DNA of 64,000 nucleotides, taken from assembly GCA_951406725.2 (NCBI GenBank), contig OX597820.1, positions 10,540,001-10,604,000 on the forward strand, in the 5' to 3' direction. The first letter of the stretch is position 1, and each line of letters begins with the position of its first letter. Both the position numbers and the translations under genes were made by a program. Below the pieces are notes generated by a model. It did no database searches. It was not told the DNA's origin and saw only the letters and a list, made by a program, of their open reading frames with translations. Shown one piece after another: positions 13,924 through 28,127 of the stretch. The DNA is from Octopus vulgaris (taxonomy: Eukaryota).

Positions 13924-14187
13924 TACATATACAACTGTATATATATATGTATATATATATATGTGTGTGTGTATATAAGTATACATTATATGCATCCATA
14001 TAAATATATAAATGTATATATATATTATATATATGTATATGTACATAGTATAAGTATATATATATATATATATGTATGTATGCATGTGTATCCTCCTGTT
14101 TGTTCTCCACCACTTAAACGATGTTTAGATTTAAGTCAACCTCTCCCTCTTTTTTTCTCTGTCTGTCTCTTCTCTCTCTGTATTAGA

Positions 14188-14301
14188 GGTGTATGAAAAG
14201 TCTTGAGCCTCAAATTAACAAAATATAGTACAAGTCTTCTGATGAAGGTACAAGACTTGACGGCCTCAAAGGCCTTGAAGGCTCTAAACTTTTCATACAC
14301 C
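14188..14301. mobile_element. Small Tc1/mariner-type MITE
   Basis: Terminal inverted repeats ggtgtatgaaaagtcttgagcc / ggctctaaacttttcatacacc. Confidence 0.55.
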
Positions 14302-16107
14302 GTATGTATGGATTTTTTTATAAAATCGAGAAGACAATTTGGTTTGTATGGCTGATAAGAATTGAATGTGCTTTTCCTCTGCTCACTTTCCATATTGCTT
14401 GTGTCTACGAGACTTCATTTATCGAGAGGATGAAACGTTGACGCTGTCAAAAAACCATTTGCAACAGTCTACTTTTAAATCTATAATTCTTGCACATATC
14501 ATTTCGCGACTAAAGTCCACTTTTCATTATGTTATATTGAGATATGCGAGAAACAAAACTGGTTTAAGAGGGAGATCTGGTTTAGTTACGAGAGGAAGGA
14601 TAATGGTAAATTTATGTTTTACTTTCATGTGTTAGGTTTTGTTTCTATTCTTTTTTGTATTTCCTTGTTTCCATTGTTTTCTGAACACCATAATATTTTG
14701 ATGGTGAAGGACAACTGATCGATACTGAACGTCGAAGGTAATGGTTATGTAATATAAGCATGCTTGGTAGAGTTTAGTAATAAAGAATTTGAACTAGATG
14801 GATCAGACAGGAAATCAATGGAGCCAAGCTGTTGGTTGTGTTGGTAACAGTGTGGATGTTGCTACTGAGGATAATGGCAATATGGGATGAAATTGATAGC
14901 TGTGTCTATAATAGTAATATCCGTGGTGTTGGTGATGGCCGCGAGATAAAAAAAAATTTTGAGTTACCATAACATTTTGGCTCACAAACTTTTATAGTTA
15001 ACATTAAATGTATGGAGCGAGAATAGATACGATGGGTAGAAGCCTGAGGAGAGAGATCGATGTTTAGATCAGCAGAATCAATACACATATACATATATAG
15101 TAGCAAAGGGTGAAAGTGAATGTATCTAACTTCAGTATTTTTTATCGATTTTAACAAGAACGAACATATGTGTCGAATGATTTAGGAGATGTAAGGTTAC
15201 TTTCGACCAGGAACGGCTGGTACTCGTAAGGTGATTAATGGGTTTAAAACTATAAGAAGCAACGTTGGGTGGAATAATTTATCAGCCTGGTTATTTAATC
15301 AGTCTATTTAGAGTGTTCATTAATTAATTCTCTGGGTAAATTAGAAAAAAACAAACTTCATGTTTTATCTACAGATATGAGGAGATAAAATCTTTGAATA
15401 TTTGAAGACTTATGATAACAAATTCTATCATTTGTGACAGACGTTGACTAGGAGTGAAAAATGGACTACTCGCCATCACATTTAATTTGTAACTAAGTAT
15501 AATTGGTTGTCCAAGTCTATACTAATGTCTCAGCTTTAATGAGATTTTCAAATAAGTAACACAACCTAAATTAACAGTCGTTCTTTGTCCTCCTGTACAT
15601 TGCAGCTATTCTTTCAAATCGAAATATTCTACGACTATTGAAGTGTCTTCGATATCTTGGCTATCAAACTAACTGTTTGCTTGTCCTGTTAAGCACATGG
15701 CATTCACAAGACTTATTTCCCAGGTGTTCATGCTTCATATTCGGTACATCATTCCCAGGCTTTCTTTCAACAACCTGAGTAACTTGGAACTTATGAATGG
15801 AAAGCTTTATATCATACAAAACACGTGAAACAAGGGCTAACTAAAGGTCTGAAAGCAAGCATGGGCGTTTAGTAGAAACTTATGAAAATTATTTCGACAG
15901 CTAAAAGGTTAAACATTAATGAGTCACAAGCGAAGTGATTTGAACTATTGAGAAATTGTTGAGAATTGCTTAAAAATCAAATATATTGAATGTCTCAGGA
16001 ATAATTGTTTATAAAGCCTGTACGTACAAAATGATGGTACGATGTCATGTTTTACTGATAAAAAATATATAAAGTTGAGAACTAGCTATCTTGGTTGGGT
16101 GATGTGT

Positions 16108-16482
16108 GGAGGCGCAATGGCCCAGTGGTTAGGGCAGCGGACTCGCGGTCATAGGATCGCGGTTTCGATTCCCAGACCGGGAAGTGTTTATTGAGCGAAA
16201 ACACCTAAAGCTCCACGAGGCTCCGGCAGGGGATGGTGGTGTTCCCTGCTGTACTCTTTCAACACAACTTTCTCTCACTCTTACTTCATGTTTCTGTTGT
16301 ACCTGTATTTCAAAGGGCCGGCCTTGTCACTCTCTGTGTCACGCTGAATATCCCCGAGAACTACGTTAAGGGTACACGTGTCTGTGGAGTGCTCAGCCAC
16401 TTACACGTTAATTTCACGAGCAGGCTGTTTCGTTGATTCGGATCAACCGGAACCCTCGTCGTCGTAACCGACGGAGTGCTTC
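16108..16482 (+). mobile_element. SINE family B (tRNA-derived)
   Basis: ggaggcgcaatggcccagtggttagg..gtttcgattccc; flanking ggttg(g)gtgatgt target-site duplication. Confidence 0.92.
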
Positions 16483-17619
16483 TAGGTTGGTGATGTAAAT
16501 AATACGAACCATGGATCCCATACACCAAGTGAAGGCGAGTGGAATGGTATTTAGATATTGCTCAGAAGACCGGATTTTCGAATTCCCGACCCGGCGGCGC
16601 ATTGTGGTCTTGAGCCAAACATTTCGTTTCACTCGATCGTGACTGTCCAGCTGTTTAATATTTTTCTCTTCTAGGAAATGAAGTCCAAGCACAATTTGTA
16701 AGAGAAAATATTATCTGTTACTGTCTATATGACGCTAGACTAAAACAGATTTGTTTCAACATGTACATTGTAACAGAAACTGCTGAAATGTAGCATTTGT
16801 ATATAGCAGTTTGATATTATCAACAACTAAATCATTTAAAATAATTTACCAAACTTATTGCCATATTTGCGTTAAAATTACTTTCTCAAGTTTCCAAGTC
16901 ATATGTTAAATAATATAATCTAAGAGGCTTTCAGGCGAAATTCGCTGACAAACACTTCCACATAATTACAAGAGTATAAATAATGTATACATTTGTGCCA
17001 AAGGATAAATACAATCTCACATTGTCAGGAGAATTTAAAACAGCAACCAGTAAAACGTCTAGCATTAGGCTTTACTTGTGATGTTAAAATTTTAATTGAT
17101 AACCCTTTTGAAACGTTAAGACAACTGAAAAGCTTTGCTACTGCATCTGTAAACGTGTGTTTAAAAGTCAATGAATTATAAACCAAAATAATGCTTGTCG
17201 CTAGCTTCAATCTCACAATCGGATGAATCATCTCTGGAGATAAAACATCCTATTTTAATATTCTTTTGCTATCTTGGATGTAATATTCTGGAGAAAGCCA
17301 TAGCGACATTTTCATAACATTTCTCTTTCTGTAGAAATAGTTTTCTTGTTTAAATAATAAAACACATTCATTTCTAGACGAAAAAGCAATTGACTCATGA
17401 CATTATCTTCTGCATTATTCGAAATGCTTTTCAAGGTTTTCTAAATAGCAGCGAATGATTATGAGAAGATTTTGCGAACCAGAGAGAGAATCAAGTGTCA
17501 GTCAATATTGAAGAATTCTGTCAGGTAGTGTATTGAGGACAAGTCAAGCTGACAACGAGGCTAGCGTTCCTTTGGCAATAAACGTCAGTCAGCAAAACTG
17601 AAATGTCTGAGACAAGATA

Positions 17620-17971
17620 TCTTTATATATAAAAGTGAGGTTGTGTGCTGTCTGTCTCCTACGATTTAGATTCCTAACTACTCCCACATTTTGCTGTGCA
17701 GTTTAACCAAAACCGGGTATCTTATAGTCGTGATTCATATCGAGCCCTTCTGGGTATTAGCGCGCGTCTACGATGAGTCTACGATTTAAAAAAACATTTA
17801 CCATCAATTTTTCCCATTTTTAATGCATTTTTGGCATATATAAGGGAAGTAACTCTCTAAATATTTATTAAATCTCAGAAACACACACTCACAAATGCAA
17901 AACACACACATACAAACACTTATATAGTTATTTCCCTTACAAACCCGAGCAACGCCGGGCGATACTGCTAG
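17620..17971 (+). mobile_element. Non-autonomous Helitron
   Basis: A|TC 5' start, 3' hairpin cccgagcaacgccggg, CTAG|T end, no TSD. Confidence 0.8.
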
Positions 17972-18580
17972 TTAAATATACGTCTCTGGGACAGCTTGCA
18001 CACGGAACTGAAGCCTAACCTCAACCGTACTGTTGAATTAATGAGAGAAATGCAAATAGAAGCGGATTAAAATCACGCTCGTTAATTCTCATATGTTGGC
18101 GTATATCACTGTAAACTGCTATCTAATTTTCAAATGCGGCGAATAAAGTACAGTGTGTTATTCTATGTAGGATCAGAGTGACACGGACAAGGAACTAAAT
18201 TACTTAATATTATGAACAGAGATCACGACCACTGAACATATTTCCATTCAGCCACTGAGGATTAATGAATAATATTAAGATTTTCATTTCCACCAGTCCG
18301 TTCAGATACATAAACCGTGAAACAAAGACATGATATATAAAGTAGTAAATTTAACGGTAAGATTACATAGTAGCAGTCCAAAAGCTAATGAATTGCCTGA
18401 GTATTTAATAAATTTTGGATTATTGCTATCAATATTCGCAGACAAGTAATAAAATAGTGAAATATATTTACACAAAGGTGAACTAAATTACGATTTGTTT
18501 TGGCAGAATAAAAAGTAATATTTTGAAATAGAATGAATATTCTTGGTCTGAATTTATCTCAGCAGACGTTTATCTCAGCA

Positions 18581-19629
18581 GTCTGATCAATAACTATCTG
18601 GACTGTTGCTATAGTAACGAAGTTAAGGCACGGAGAGTTAAGCTACTGGGCACAAGTTGACCTTGGATACTGCTCTGCATGCTCACCAAATTTTAACGTT
18701 CTTATTTCTTTACTACCCACAAGTGGCTAAACACTGAGGGGACAAACAAGGACAGACAAAGGGATTAAGTCGATCATATCGACCCCAGTGCGTAACTGGT
18801 ACTCATTTAATCGACCCCGAAAAGATGAAATGCAAAGTGGACCTCGGCGGAATTTGAACTCAGAACGTAGCGGCAGACGAAATATCGCTAAGCATTTGGT
18901 CCGGCTTGCTAACGTTTCCGCCAGATCGCTGTTTTTTAACGTCCTAGCCAACTTCCACTGTTTACAGCAGTGCTTGGAAGGAAGGTGTGTAACGTGTGAT
19001 CATCGCATTGACCATGGCATAGAAAATGAAGCAGAGAATCTGCATCAAATTTTGCCAAAAGCTTGGCGATACCCGTTCAAAGGCCTACGCCAAGTTTTCA
19101 AAACATTTTCATCGTAAAGAAGGAGATGGTTTGCAGCTGAAATCCGAGTGTCCCATTGATCAGCTGAAAGAAATGTTGGCACAAACTTGGCAGACACGCT
19201 ACTCATACGCAAAACTCACGGATGGTGATTCGACGATTTCCTCCACACCCTGATGCAGGTTTTTCTCAGTTTTGCTGGTTGCGGGTCTGCCAGAATGTTC
19301 GTCACTATCGATATTTTTCGGCCATCTTGGAAACGTCTGAACCACTCGCGCACTTGTGTACGGTTCATACACTCCTCTCCACACATTTTCTGCAGGACTC
19401 TGAGGAGGTATCGCCATGACATTTCTCTGTCATGGTCAATGCAACAGTCAAACGCTACCCACCTTCCTTCCAAGCACTGTTGTAAACGGCGCAAGTGAAC
19501 TAGAACGTTAAAACTTAGTGCGCATCAACAATAGCGTTCAAGGCCAATCTTTGGCAAGCGGTTTTATTCTGCATGATTTAGCTTCATTACTATGGCAACA
19601 TTCCGGATACTTATTGATCAGACTTCGTA
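18581..19629. mobile_element. Palindromic mariner derivative made of two inverted left ends, interrupted by a SINE
   Basis: TIRs gtctgatcaataactatctgga / tccggatacttattgatcagac; MKQRICIKFCQKLGDT on + and MNRTQVREWFRRFQDGR on -. Confidence 0.8.
18702..18930 (-). mobile_element. SINE family C nested in the mariner derivative
   Basis: Reverse complement of the 6636 unit; TSD ttttaacgt(t/c)ct. Confidence 0.9.
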
Positions 19630-19800
19630 TAACTTTTCTGTCATAGACACTGACAATCACCAAGGAATAACTTTCTACCAATCGAAATCTAGATTAGGTT
19701 TCATGTATTAACTTCTAAAATTTGGCTTGTGTAATATCAGAAGCAATGCAATCTACAGTTTGTTAATAGGTAGTGGGTAGCGATTTTCTTCACTATTTCA

Positions 19801-20220
19801 AGGAGTGATGACCCTGCCTGACACGAGTTCCAGGCTTAGCTGGCTCCGGCTGACAGTACCCAGTATGGATCCCTATACAGGGTTACAGAAAGGAGACAAC
19901 CTTCAAAGACATCCGGAATGGAGCCCCGTAGGCGGTTTAGTGTTCGACTCGACACTCTTCCGGCAGCTCCTGCAACCTAGCTGGTGCCAAACGTAATGCT
20001 CTCTCTGCGCTCCTTTGAACAACGTCAGCAAGGTCGAGAGAGAAATCCTGACGATTGGGCTACCCAGGATTTTCCTACATCTAGCCCAGGCCTGCGCAAA
20101 ACTAAAGAGGAAACTGGAGAGGACATGAAATGTAAAATCCAGACTGGATTAGTTTATGCGCAACTCCATTGTCTCCCGAGACAAAAGGATGCCAACAACA
20201 ACAACAACAACAACAACAAC
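19801..20220 (+). mobile_element. Probable short non-autonomous RTE-type element with (CAA)n tail
   Basis: GC-richer block with gctggtgccaaacgta, similar from memory to RTE 5' UTRs; ends gagacaaaaggatgcc(aac)n. Confidence 0.5.
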
Positions 20221-22199
20221 AGCCTTTTGTTACATTCGTATGTCTCGAAGATTATTATCCTTTGGTGAATATTGTTGCAGACGAAAATGAAAATTTCCCA
20301 CTTTTTATCATATTTTGTGTGTAACTAATTTTGTAATTGAAAATTTAATGTTGAATCTTTGTTTAAAATGAAGGAAAATGATGTTTTCTCTTGCAAGCAG
20401 CATAATTAAAATGATGCTCTCCCCACAAGCAGCCTCGATGGGGTTCGAATGAGTACTCAGTTTATCATGGCTGATGAGTTTAACGCTCGTTGAGTCACCT
20501 TAACTAATAAGATTATTAAAGGTAATCAACAAGAGAGTTTTATAGCTGACAATCGTTTGCTAGTTTCAGTGAGGCATTCAAATCCTGATTTTGATAAAGG
20601 TAGAGAAGGATCTATTCAGTTAGAATGGCTATTAACATTTGCTACATAAGACGATTGAGTTACCGTTCATAAACCTAAATTAATATCATGATTTAAAACC
20701 CTTTAAACATCGCTAAAGGCTGTTTAACCTCAATTCACATTTAACAGAACAGATGTATGATCAGAGACACCCTCGTTATAAACAGCTCGTCTTTCAGCAT
20801 AACTAGGAGTAAGCTATGTGATGTGACCTCCTCGTTTTATGATTTAGACGAGATGTAGTTGCTATTTTTGTAGCTTTGGAGATCATGTAGAGTTCCAGCT
20901 AAATATGGATCTTGATGTCTTTTGATTCGTCAGAAATATGCAATTTTAGGTGACAACATTATACTAATTTAGCCTTCTTCTATATTTATTATCCTCTCTG
21001 TTCTTGAATATTTACATAAAGTACTAACGTATTTAATCATTAAAAATTGATTAAAAGCTTTAGACACCCATAACGAGTAAATTGGAATGCATATGTGATT
21101 TCATATTTACTCCATATTGCAAACATTCCAAATATCATCGCATTTATTAAAGCATTCGCTAAATGTGAACATTAATAGGAAAGTAGCATGCCGTGCATAT
21201 AATAACGCAATAAATGATACATTAGCAACGATTATACGTAGTTATTACACGTGGTAAAATGAATCATAATGACACAACCATACTGTCAAAATTGCATTAG
21301 GTGAACAGATGCTATCAAACATGAGAGCTAAACTTTGTACTACGCTCTTTCAAATGATATTTAATGTAGCTGTTTTGTCAGATCAGCGCAAATCAGATCA
21401 TGTCCACTTGTTGATCTCTTTCACCCGGATCTCAGATACGATTTAGATTTTAAAGCATAAATTCTGGAATCATAGATCAGTAATAAATTTCATTCGGAAT
21501 ATTTTCTGTTTAAATATGAGACTTCATAGCCATGGATTATTTTGTTGGGTGAATGTTATAGTGTGAATGGTTGAGGAAGTGGGCCGAAGCACGGCGACCT
21601 TTATATAATGTCTCCTGTCCTGCTTGGACTGGGGAAGGAGAAAAGATATTAGGCGTAGGATGGTATGATGGCGGTGTGGTCGTGAAGATCGTTTTACAAT
21701 TACGTTGTTTCGGGTCCTCCCCTAGAGTGTGTTACTTTGGGCAAGCGTCTTTTGCTGTAGCCACGTGACAACCAATACGTTTTATGAGCGAACTTGGTAG
21801 AAAAATACTGCGTGAAAGCTTGTCGTATATACCGGGAATACCATCAAAATTGTCACGCTCATTCTTAAAACTTCTTAAAACCAAAAAATGAATCGGTTTA
21901 TATGTTTTCCAGATAAGACGTCTGGTCATGCTGACGCCGGTTTTTGTAAGAATCAGTGAAAATCTCATTGTGATATTTAGCCAGAAAGAGAACAGGCTGA
22001 AATCGTTTTGTGCCGGCCTCACCATGTCTTCCCAAGTGAGCAATGTTGAGAGGGACAAGATCAACCGAACCTTCAATAATAGCACCGATATCCATTCTCT
22101 GACTTCCATCTTGAAATTCCATTCAAGAACCAGCAATAGAATTGTGAATAAGTTTGAGAAAGAGTGAATAATTGGGGGAGGACAAAATTAAGCGATCAT

Positions 22200-22592
22200 T
22201 ATTTCAATCTTGAGATGAAGAGATCAATCAGAAGAGATCCAACTCAATGCATAAGATGCTTGGCGCGTGAGAGAGGCGTTTGAGGTATGGCAGTTCAAAG
22301 AGTGGTAACAAGAGACTTGAAAATAAAATCGTACATGCGACCTATGTGGCACCTTGTTACTCCAGGAAAAAAAAGGTTAGAAGGTTAGCGAGAGTGAAGA
22401 TTATCTTGAACAAAATGTAACATAATCCTGGAGTAATCTTCTGCACAGATGAGTAGAAGTTCACCCAAGATATGTACACAAACAGATGCAACAGTCACGT
22501 TCTGGATTCAGTATGGGGACAGGTTTTAGGATAGGGACATTTGACCCCGTTTATCACCTGATTTGAACCCTTTAGACTTTAGCATCTGGTCG
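22200..22592 (+). pseudogene. Decayed Tc1/maT-like transposase fragment
   Basis: EMKRSIRRDPTQCIRCLARERGV*..VVTRDLKIKSY, FCTDE*KF, SPDLNPLDFSIWS. Confidence 0.7.
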
Positions 22593-23083
22593 GAAAATCT
22601 TGTGAGTAGCTTCACAGTAAGCTGCAAACTCTCAAAAGTTTCATCTGTAGGACATGAGAGGAAGACAGTGAAGAGTAATTCCTTAAGAAAGCTTGTGGTA
22701 GAGTCAGGAAGAGGATTAAGGAAATCATTACCAAAAGAGAAGCAACTCCTAACAGGTAGGGTTTCGGCCAGGATTAGCACTTTGAGATAAAACTTTAAGC
22801 TTCCATTCAATTTTATTCCAATCTTTTATGAGCTCCCAGTCCTCAGCTTTGGTTAATTATTTATGCAAATGTCATTTTCGTTCGTGATCAACTTCATAAC
22901 GATTCATCTGGTGAGCTTGGAGAGTTATCAACATTTTAACATTTTTCTGGTTCAAAATAGAGTCCAATAGTGTGAGAAGCATCTCTGATAATTCCATTAA
23001 GTTATCGCCAAGCATTGCTGAGATACAAAAGTTCGAAGCTGAATCTAAAATTTTGACAATTTTACTGGTACGCCAGGTATATA

Positions 23084-23118
<35 letters not shown>

Positions 23119-23204
23119 ATGTATGTATGTATGTATGTATGTATGTATGTATGTGTGCGTGTACGTGGATGGCAGGGGGCCACCCACATACTCACATACA
23201 TACA

Positions 23205-23412
23205 TTGTGTTGGCCCCCGCCACGCACACGGACGGTTTGACAACCGGTATTGGTTTGTTTACCTCTCCGTACCTAAGTGCCATACTTAAAAAAAGTCGAA
23301 TTGTTCGTCTAAAACTGGGGGTTGGTTTGTTCGACTATACCAGTCCAGCTGGTGCTCCAGCATGACCGAATTCCTATGAGTGATACAAATTACGGCAAGA
23401 AAATAAGAAAGA
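23205..23412 (+). mobile_element. SINE family A, degenerate 3' half
   Basis: ttgacaaccgg..ggtgctccagcatgaccg. Confidence 0.55.
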
Positions 23413-24247
23413 GAGCGTCTAAATTTTACACGACGTTAAAAGAACTCCACTATTACGGAGTTGTTTATGTCGCAGAGAATGGAAGTAAATTCCAAGGCAT
23501 CTACAGAGTATTCGCCAAAATATTCTGTTAAAATATTGTGAACCACCCAAACATTAATAGTACTGCATAGAAATCAATGTCATTATGAGCGATATACTCG
23601 AAATTAATCTGTTCCATGGATTACTTTCTATAATTCTGGAGGAAATGACATTTTAATGAAAGGATTAGTTTTCCGATTCGAAACAAAGACACAGAAGGAA
23701 TTGAAAAGGTTAAGAAAGGTTCAAAAATCTTAATGTTTCTCCAGAAGACCTAAATTAATATATGGATCTTTTTACCCGATTCTGCGCATCTTTGTAAGGA
23801 ATAATATAAATTCGCTTGACTTAATGCCAATAGAATTTAATATATAGCCCTAGGATGAATGAAAGACGAAGTGAACCATGATTGAAATTACGAACAAAAT
23901 ACACAAGACTAGATGCCATACATGTTACTTCACCATTCTATGTGACATCTATAGAAGTTAACAGCTCTAATATAAAAGCAAAATTATCAATGAACATTGA
24001 GAGCGATCTGATAAAGATGCTATTGTTTTAACTTGGTGCTACGCCAATTTCTCTTTTGTGGAGTTTGGTTGATTCAGTTTCTATGAAGTATTTAACATAA
24101 TAACGTCTTCTGTGTGAAAGACAATATTTAGACCGTGTGACTTAAACTCAGAACAAGCTTAGTGAAAAGGAATGTAGATGAGAAAGAAATGTTTCGGACA
24201 TCCTCCATCGATACTACGAAAGGAATTAATAAACAAATGGATATATA

Positions 24248-24810
24248 GGCATAGGGTTGGGGTGTGGTAAGAAACTTGCTTCCCGACCGCACAGTTTTAG
24301 GTTCGGTTCTACTACATGGCAACTTGTGCAAGTGTCTTCTACTATAGCGTCGGATCAACCAGAGTGTTGTGGTGGATTTGGTAGACGGAAACTGAAAGAA
24401 GCTCGTCGTATTTGCTGTCTTGCCATTACTATATATATATGTGTGTGTGTGTGAGTGTGTGTGTGTGTGTATGTGTGTGTGTGTGTGCGTGTGTGTGCGT
24501 ACGTGTGCGTGAGTGCGTGTGCATGTGTGTGTGTGTGTGTGTGGGCGTATGCATGTGTGAATGTGTGTGCCTGTGTGTACGAGTGTTTGTGTGTGTGTGT
24601 GCGTATTTGTGTCTGTGTTTGTCCCCCACTACCGCTTGACAACCGGTGTGTTTACATCCCGGTAACTTAGTGGTTTGACAAAGGGTCCAATAGAATAATA
24701 ACAGGTTTTACAAAGAATACTACCGGGGCCGATTCATTCTGCTCAAAATTATTCAAGGCGCTGCCTCAGTATGGGCGCAGTTAAATGACTGAAACCTGCA
24801 GCAGACAAAA
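24248..24810 (+). mobile_element. SINE family A with expanded internal (TG)n
   Basis: Both halves match the 3726 copy. Confidence 0.85.
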
Positions 24811-25344
24811 TATATATGTCTTTCTTCTCTCCCGTCTCTGCACAGTCTGTACAAATATTTACACATTTTATACATCCCTGTCTCACTTCGAACTATTACC
24901 GAGTCAGTGATACATAATTCCATATCTTTTGCTCCCCTGTTTCGGAAGTAATATCTCCTTACCAGCAGAAGTAATATTTAGGAAAATAAACTGCACCGCA
25001 ATTGATTTATTCACAAGGTCGACATACTCTTAACATAGGCTCGTCCGCCATTGTTTAGTCAACCTTTCCTTTTCCAAAACATTCATCAACCAAACCCGGA
25101 ATAAATAGTAAGAAGAAATATAATCAATCGATAATTTCTCATTACATGCACCGATGTTTGTGGGTGCAGCGCAAACTTGATTTAACCGGTCATTTCCTAT
25201 ATAAAGATAAAAAAAGAAGCAGCCATATTTTATTATGATTATACTTTCCTGAGACACAAGTTTCCTGTGCTATATAATTTATATGTCTTTGTAATTCAAC
25301 TTATACATATGATGATGTCAAGTTGTTGCCACAAGGGCAGCTTG

Positions 25345-25689
25345 GGAGAGAGAATTAAGTCGATTACATCGACCCCAATGCATCTCCGAAAGGATGTAAG
25401 GCAAAGTCGACCTCGGCGGGATTTGAACTTAGAACATAGCGGCAAACGAAATACTTATTTCTTTACTGCCCACAAGGGGCTAAACATACAGGGGATAAAC
25501 AAGGACAGACAAAAGTATTAAGTCGATTAGATCGACCCCAGCACGTAACTGGTACTTATTTAATCGAGCCCGAAAGGATGAAAGGTAAAGTTGACCTCAG
25601 CGGAATTCGAACCCAGAACATAACGGCAGATGAAATACCGCTATGCATTTCGCCCGGCGTGCTAATGTTTTTGCCAGCTCGCCGCCTTC
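25345..25689 (-). mobile_element. SINE family C, two tandem units
   Basis: Ends gccagctcgccgcctt, the reverse complement of the head. Confidence 0.85.
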
Positions 25690-26567
25690 GGCAGACGAAT
25701 TGCTGCTATGCATTTTGCTCAACGTGAAGTTACACATATAGTAATGGTGTTTACATAGGACCTTGTCTCTTTTATGCTTTTCTCACTTGGCCGCGAATAA
25801 CATAAACCCTACTGCAACAGCAGAAACTATAACTCTACAAATCCTTTAAATCAATATGCTTTCCCTAATGCTCCCAGAAGAACATCAACGATCACATGCA
25901 CAATTCGGTGAATCTCATTTCAGGCTCCTGTAAGATACCCGGCATTAAACTCACATAATATCAACAAATGGTGCGTTTGATTTAATTAGCGAGCATTTCA
26001 ATAAAGCTTCTCAGTTAGAATTGGAGGAAAATCCCTTGAGATAATTTCTACAGCTACAGCGAATCTATTTCGGAAACTTATTCTGAATTGCAAAATATTA
26101 CGGTATGACAATATTCTTAATAAGACTAGTAAGACAACATATACACCGGTATATACACCTCTCTCAAGACATCTTGAGTTTTAACATGTTGTTCGACTCG
26201 CTGGAAATAGCCTTAAAAATCTTTCCAAACTACAACTGGCCAAACGAGAATGGTTGTGTCAGAATATCGATAAACAAAATCTTCCGCGACGGGGACTGAC
26301 TTGGTTTTTTTAAAAATCCACATCAATAAGAACCTTATAAGGCCGTCACTTTTCACTTCTTCACTCGATATTCTCTTGAGACAATCTTATCATTTCACGG
26401 GAAAATCACTCCTGGCAATTCTTCATTAAATTTTCTTCGTTTTAATGCAGTATGATTTTTCTAAAACAATTCGTCGTTTTATATATATATTTTTAGCTGT
26501 ATGTACGAAAGGCAATACTAGATTAGCGAATCATGCATATACGAGTGCTATATATATATACATATAC

Positions 26568-26635
<68 letters not shown>

Positions 26636-26726
26636 TTTATTTTATAGAAGGAGTTCTACAGGACTAGAACTGTTTCATTTGAATGAAACAGTTCTAGTCC
26701 TGTAGAAGCTCCTTCTATAAAATAAA
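26636..26726. repeat. Near-perfect hairpin (about 44-bp arms) in a TA-flanked element
   Basis: tttattttatagaagg..ctgtttcatt TG aatgaaacag..ccttctataaaataaa. Confidence 0.9.
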
Positions 26727-26795
26727 TTAATTTACTCTACTATGTATTGAGTACCTTATTTACTGTGGTTAACCCCGACTCAACCCGGGACCTAC

Positions 26796-26859
<64 letters not shown>

Positions 26860-27153
26860 GCACATATAAATATGTTTTTGTGTGTATTGAAAATAGAATT
26901 ATAAGCTTTCGTTGTATATTGATTATAGGAAACAATCTAATACTAGAGCACATAAAATATCCAAGAGCAGACAAAAGCAGGCATTAGTGCGGGTAGGATC
27001 GGTTCCCACATGTACTGAGGCACATTTCTTTTCCCTGCGGTGAATTATATCCCGAAATATTAGACTATTTTCTATAGGCATATAGGGTGAAGGGTTAAAA
27101 TCCTATTTAGAATATTTCAATTCACACGTTTACAGATATATGCGCAGGCACGC

Positions 27154-27211
<58 letters not shown>

Positions 27212-27295
27212 TTAGAGACAAAACCACTATTTTGCAAAACAAACAAGGAAAGACTTAATCAATACATAAAATTTTAATAAAAAGTAAAAAAACCG

Positions 27296-27339
27296 CCACT
27301 ACAATTGTTTCATGTCCTCTAATGACAATCTTCAGGTGG
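27296..27339 (-). ncRNA. Minimal type I hammerhead ribozyme in a TA-flanked element
   Basis: Reverse complement ccac CTGAAGA t tgtc-attagag-gaca t GAAAC aatt GTA gtgg. Confidence 0.75.
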
Positions 27340-27439
27340 ATTTCCGATCTAAAATATCAATATATTAAAATATAAGTTTAAAATAATTTTAAAATAAAAA
27401 AAAAAAAAAAATTTATTCATATTATTCCCTAATATTTAT

Positions 27440-27487
<48 letters not shown>

Positions 27488-27686
27488 ATACGGCAACAAG
27501 AAAATGGAAGGGATTAAGAGGTGGTATTCATCAACTTTTAGGCATTATATTATGTCTATTTATTTTATATATTTTATATATCATAATTATTATAATTATA
27601 TGAAAAGAGAAATACGAACTACTACAGTAATCCTCCCTTTTCAACACATGAAATATGTATGTGCCTATGAGTATGTTTGTACGTAA

Positions 27687-27817
<131 letters not shown>

Positions 27818-28092
27818 TATATATTCTTTATTTATATATCTTTTCATTCCTACAAACTATAACACCCTTAAGCTAGATTGATTATTTAAATTCCAATATT
27901 ATTTCCCTTTTGATAATTTTCTCTTTCCTCTAATAAGAATAATATAATTCACTTAATAATAATATTAAATAATAATAATAATAAATAATAATAATAATAA
28001 TTGATTCCGTTGTATGCATATATATATATACATATAAATATATGGATATGTATTTATGTATAATTATGTATATATGTATATTTATATGTATG

Positions 28093-28127
<35 letters not shown>

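Noticed and set aside
16108-16180. tRNA gene (also at 12998, 41514, 47813)
   Set aside because: tRNA-like heads continue into conserved SINE bodies; no proper acceptor stem or terminator
20468-20500. CTGATGA hammerhead candidate
   Set aside because: No GAAA after the putative helix II
21570-22140. 134-aa ORF or PLE RT remnant
   Set aside because: Only vague motif resemblance; cannot be supported without a profile search
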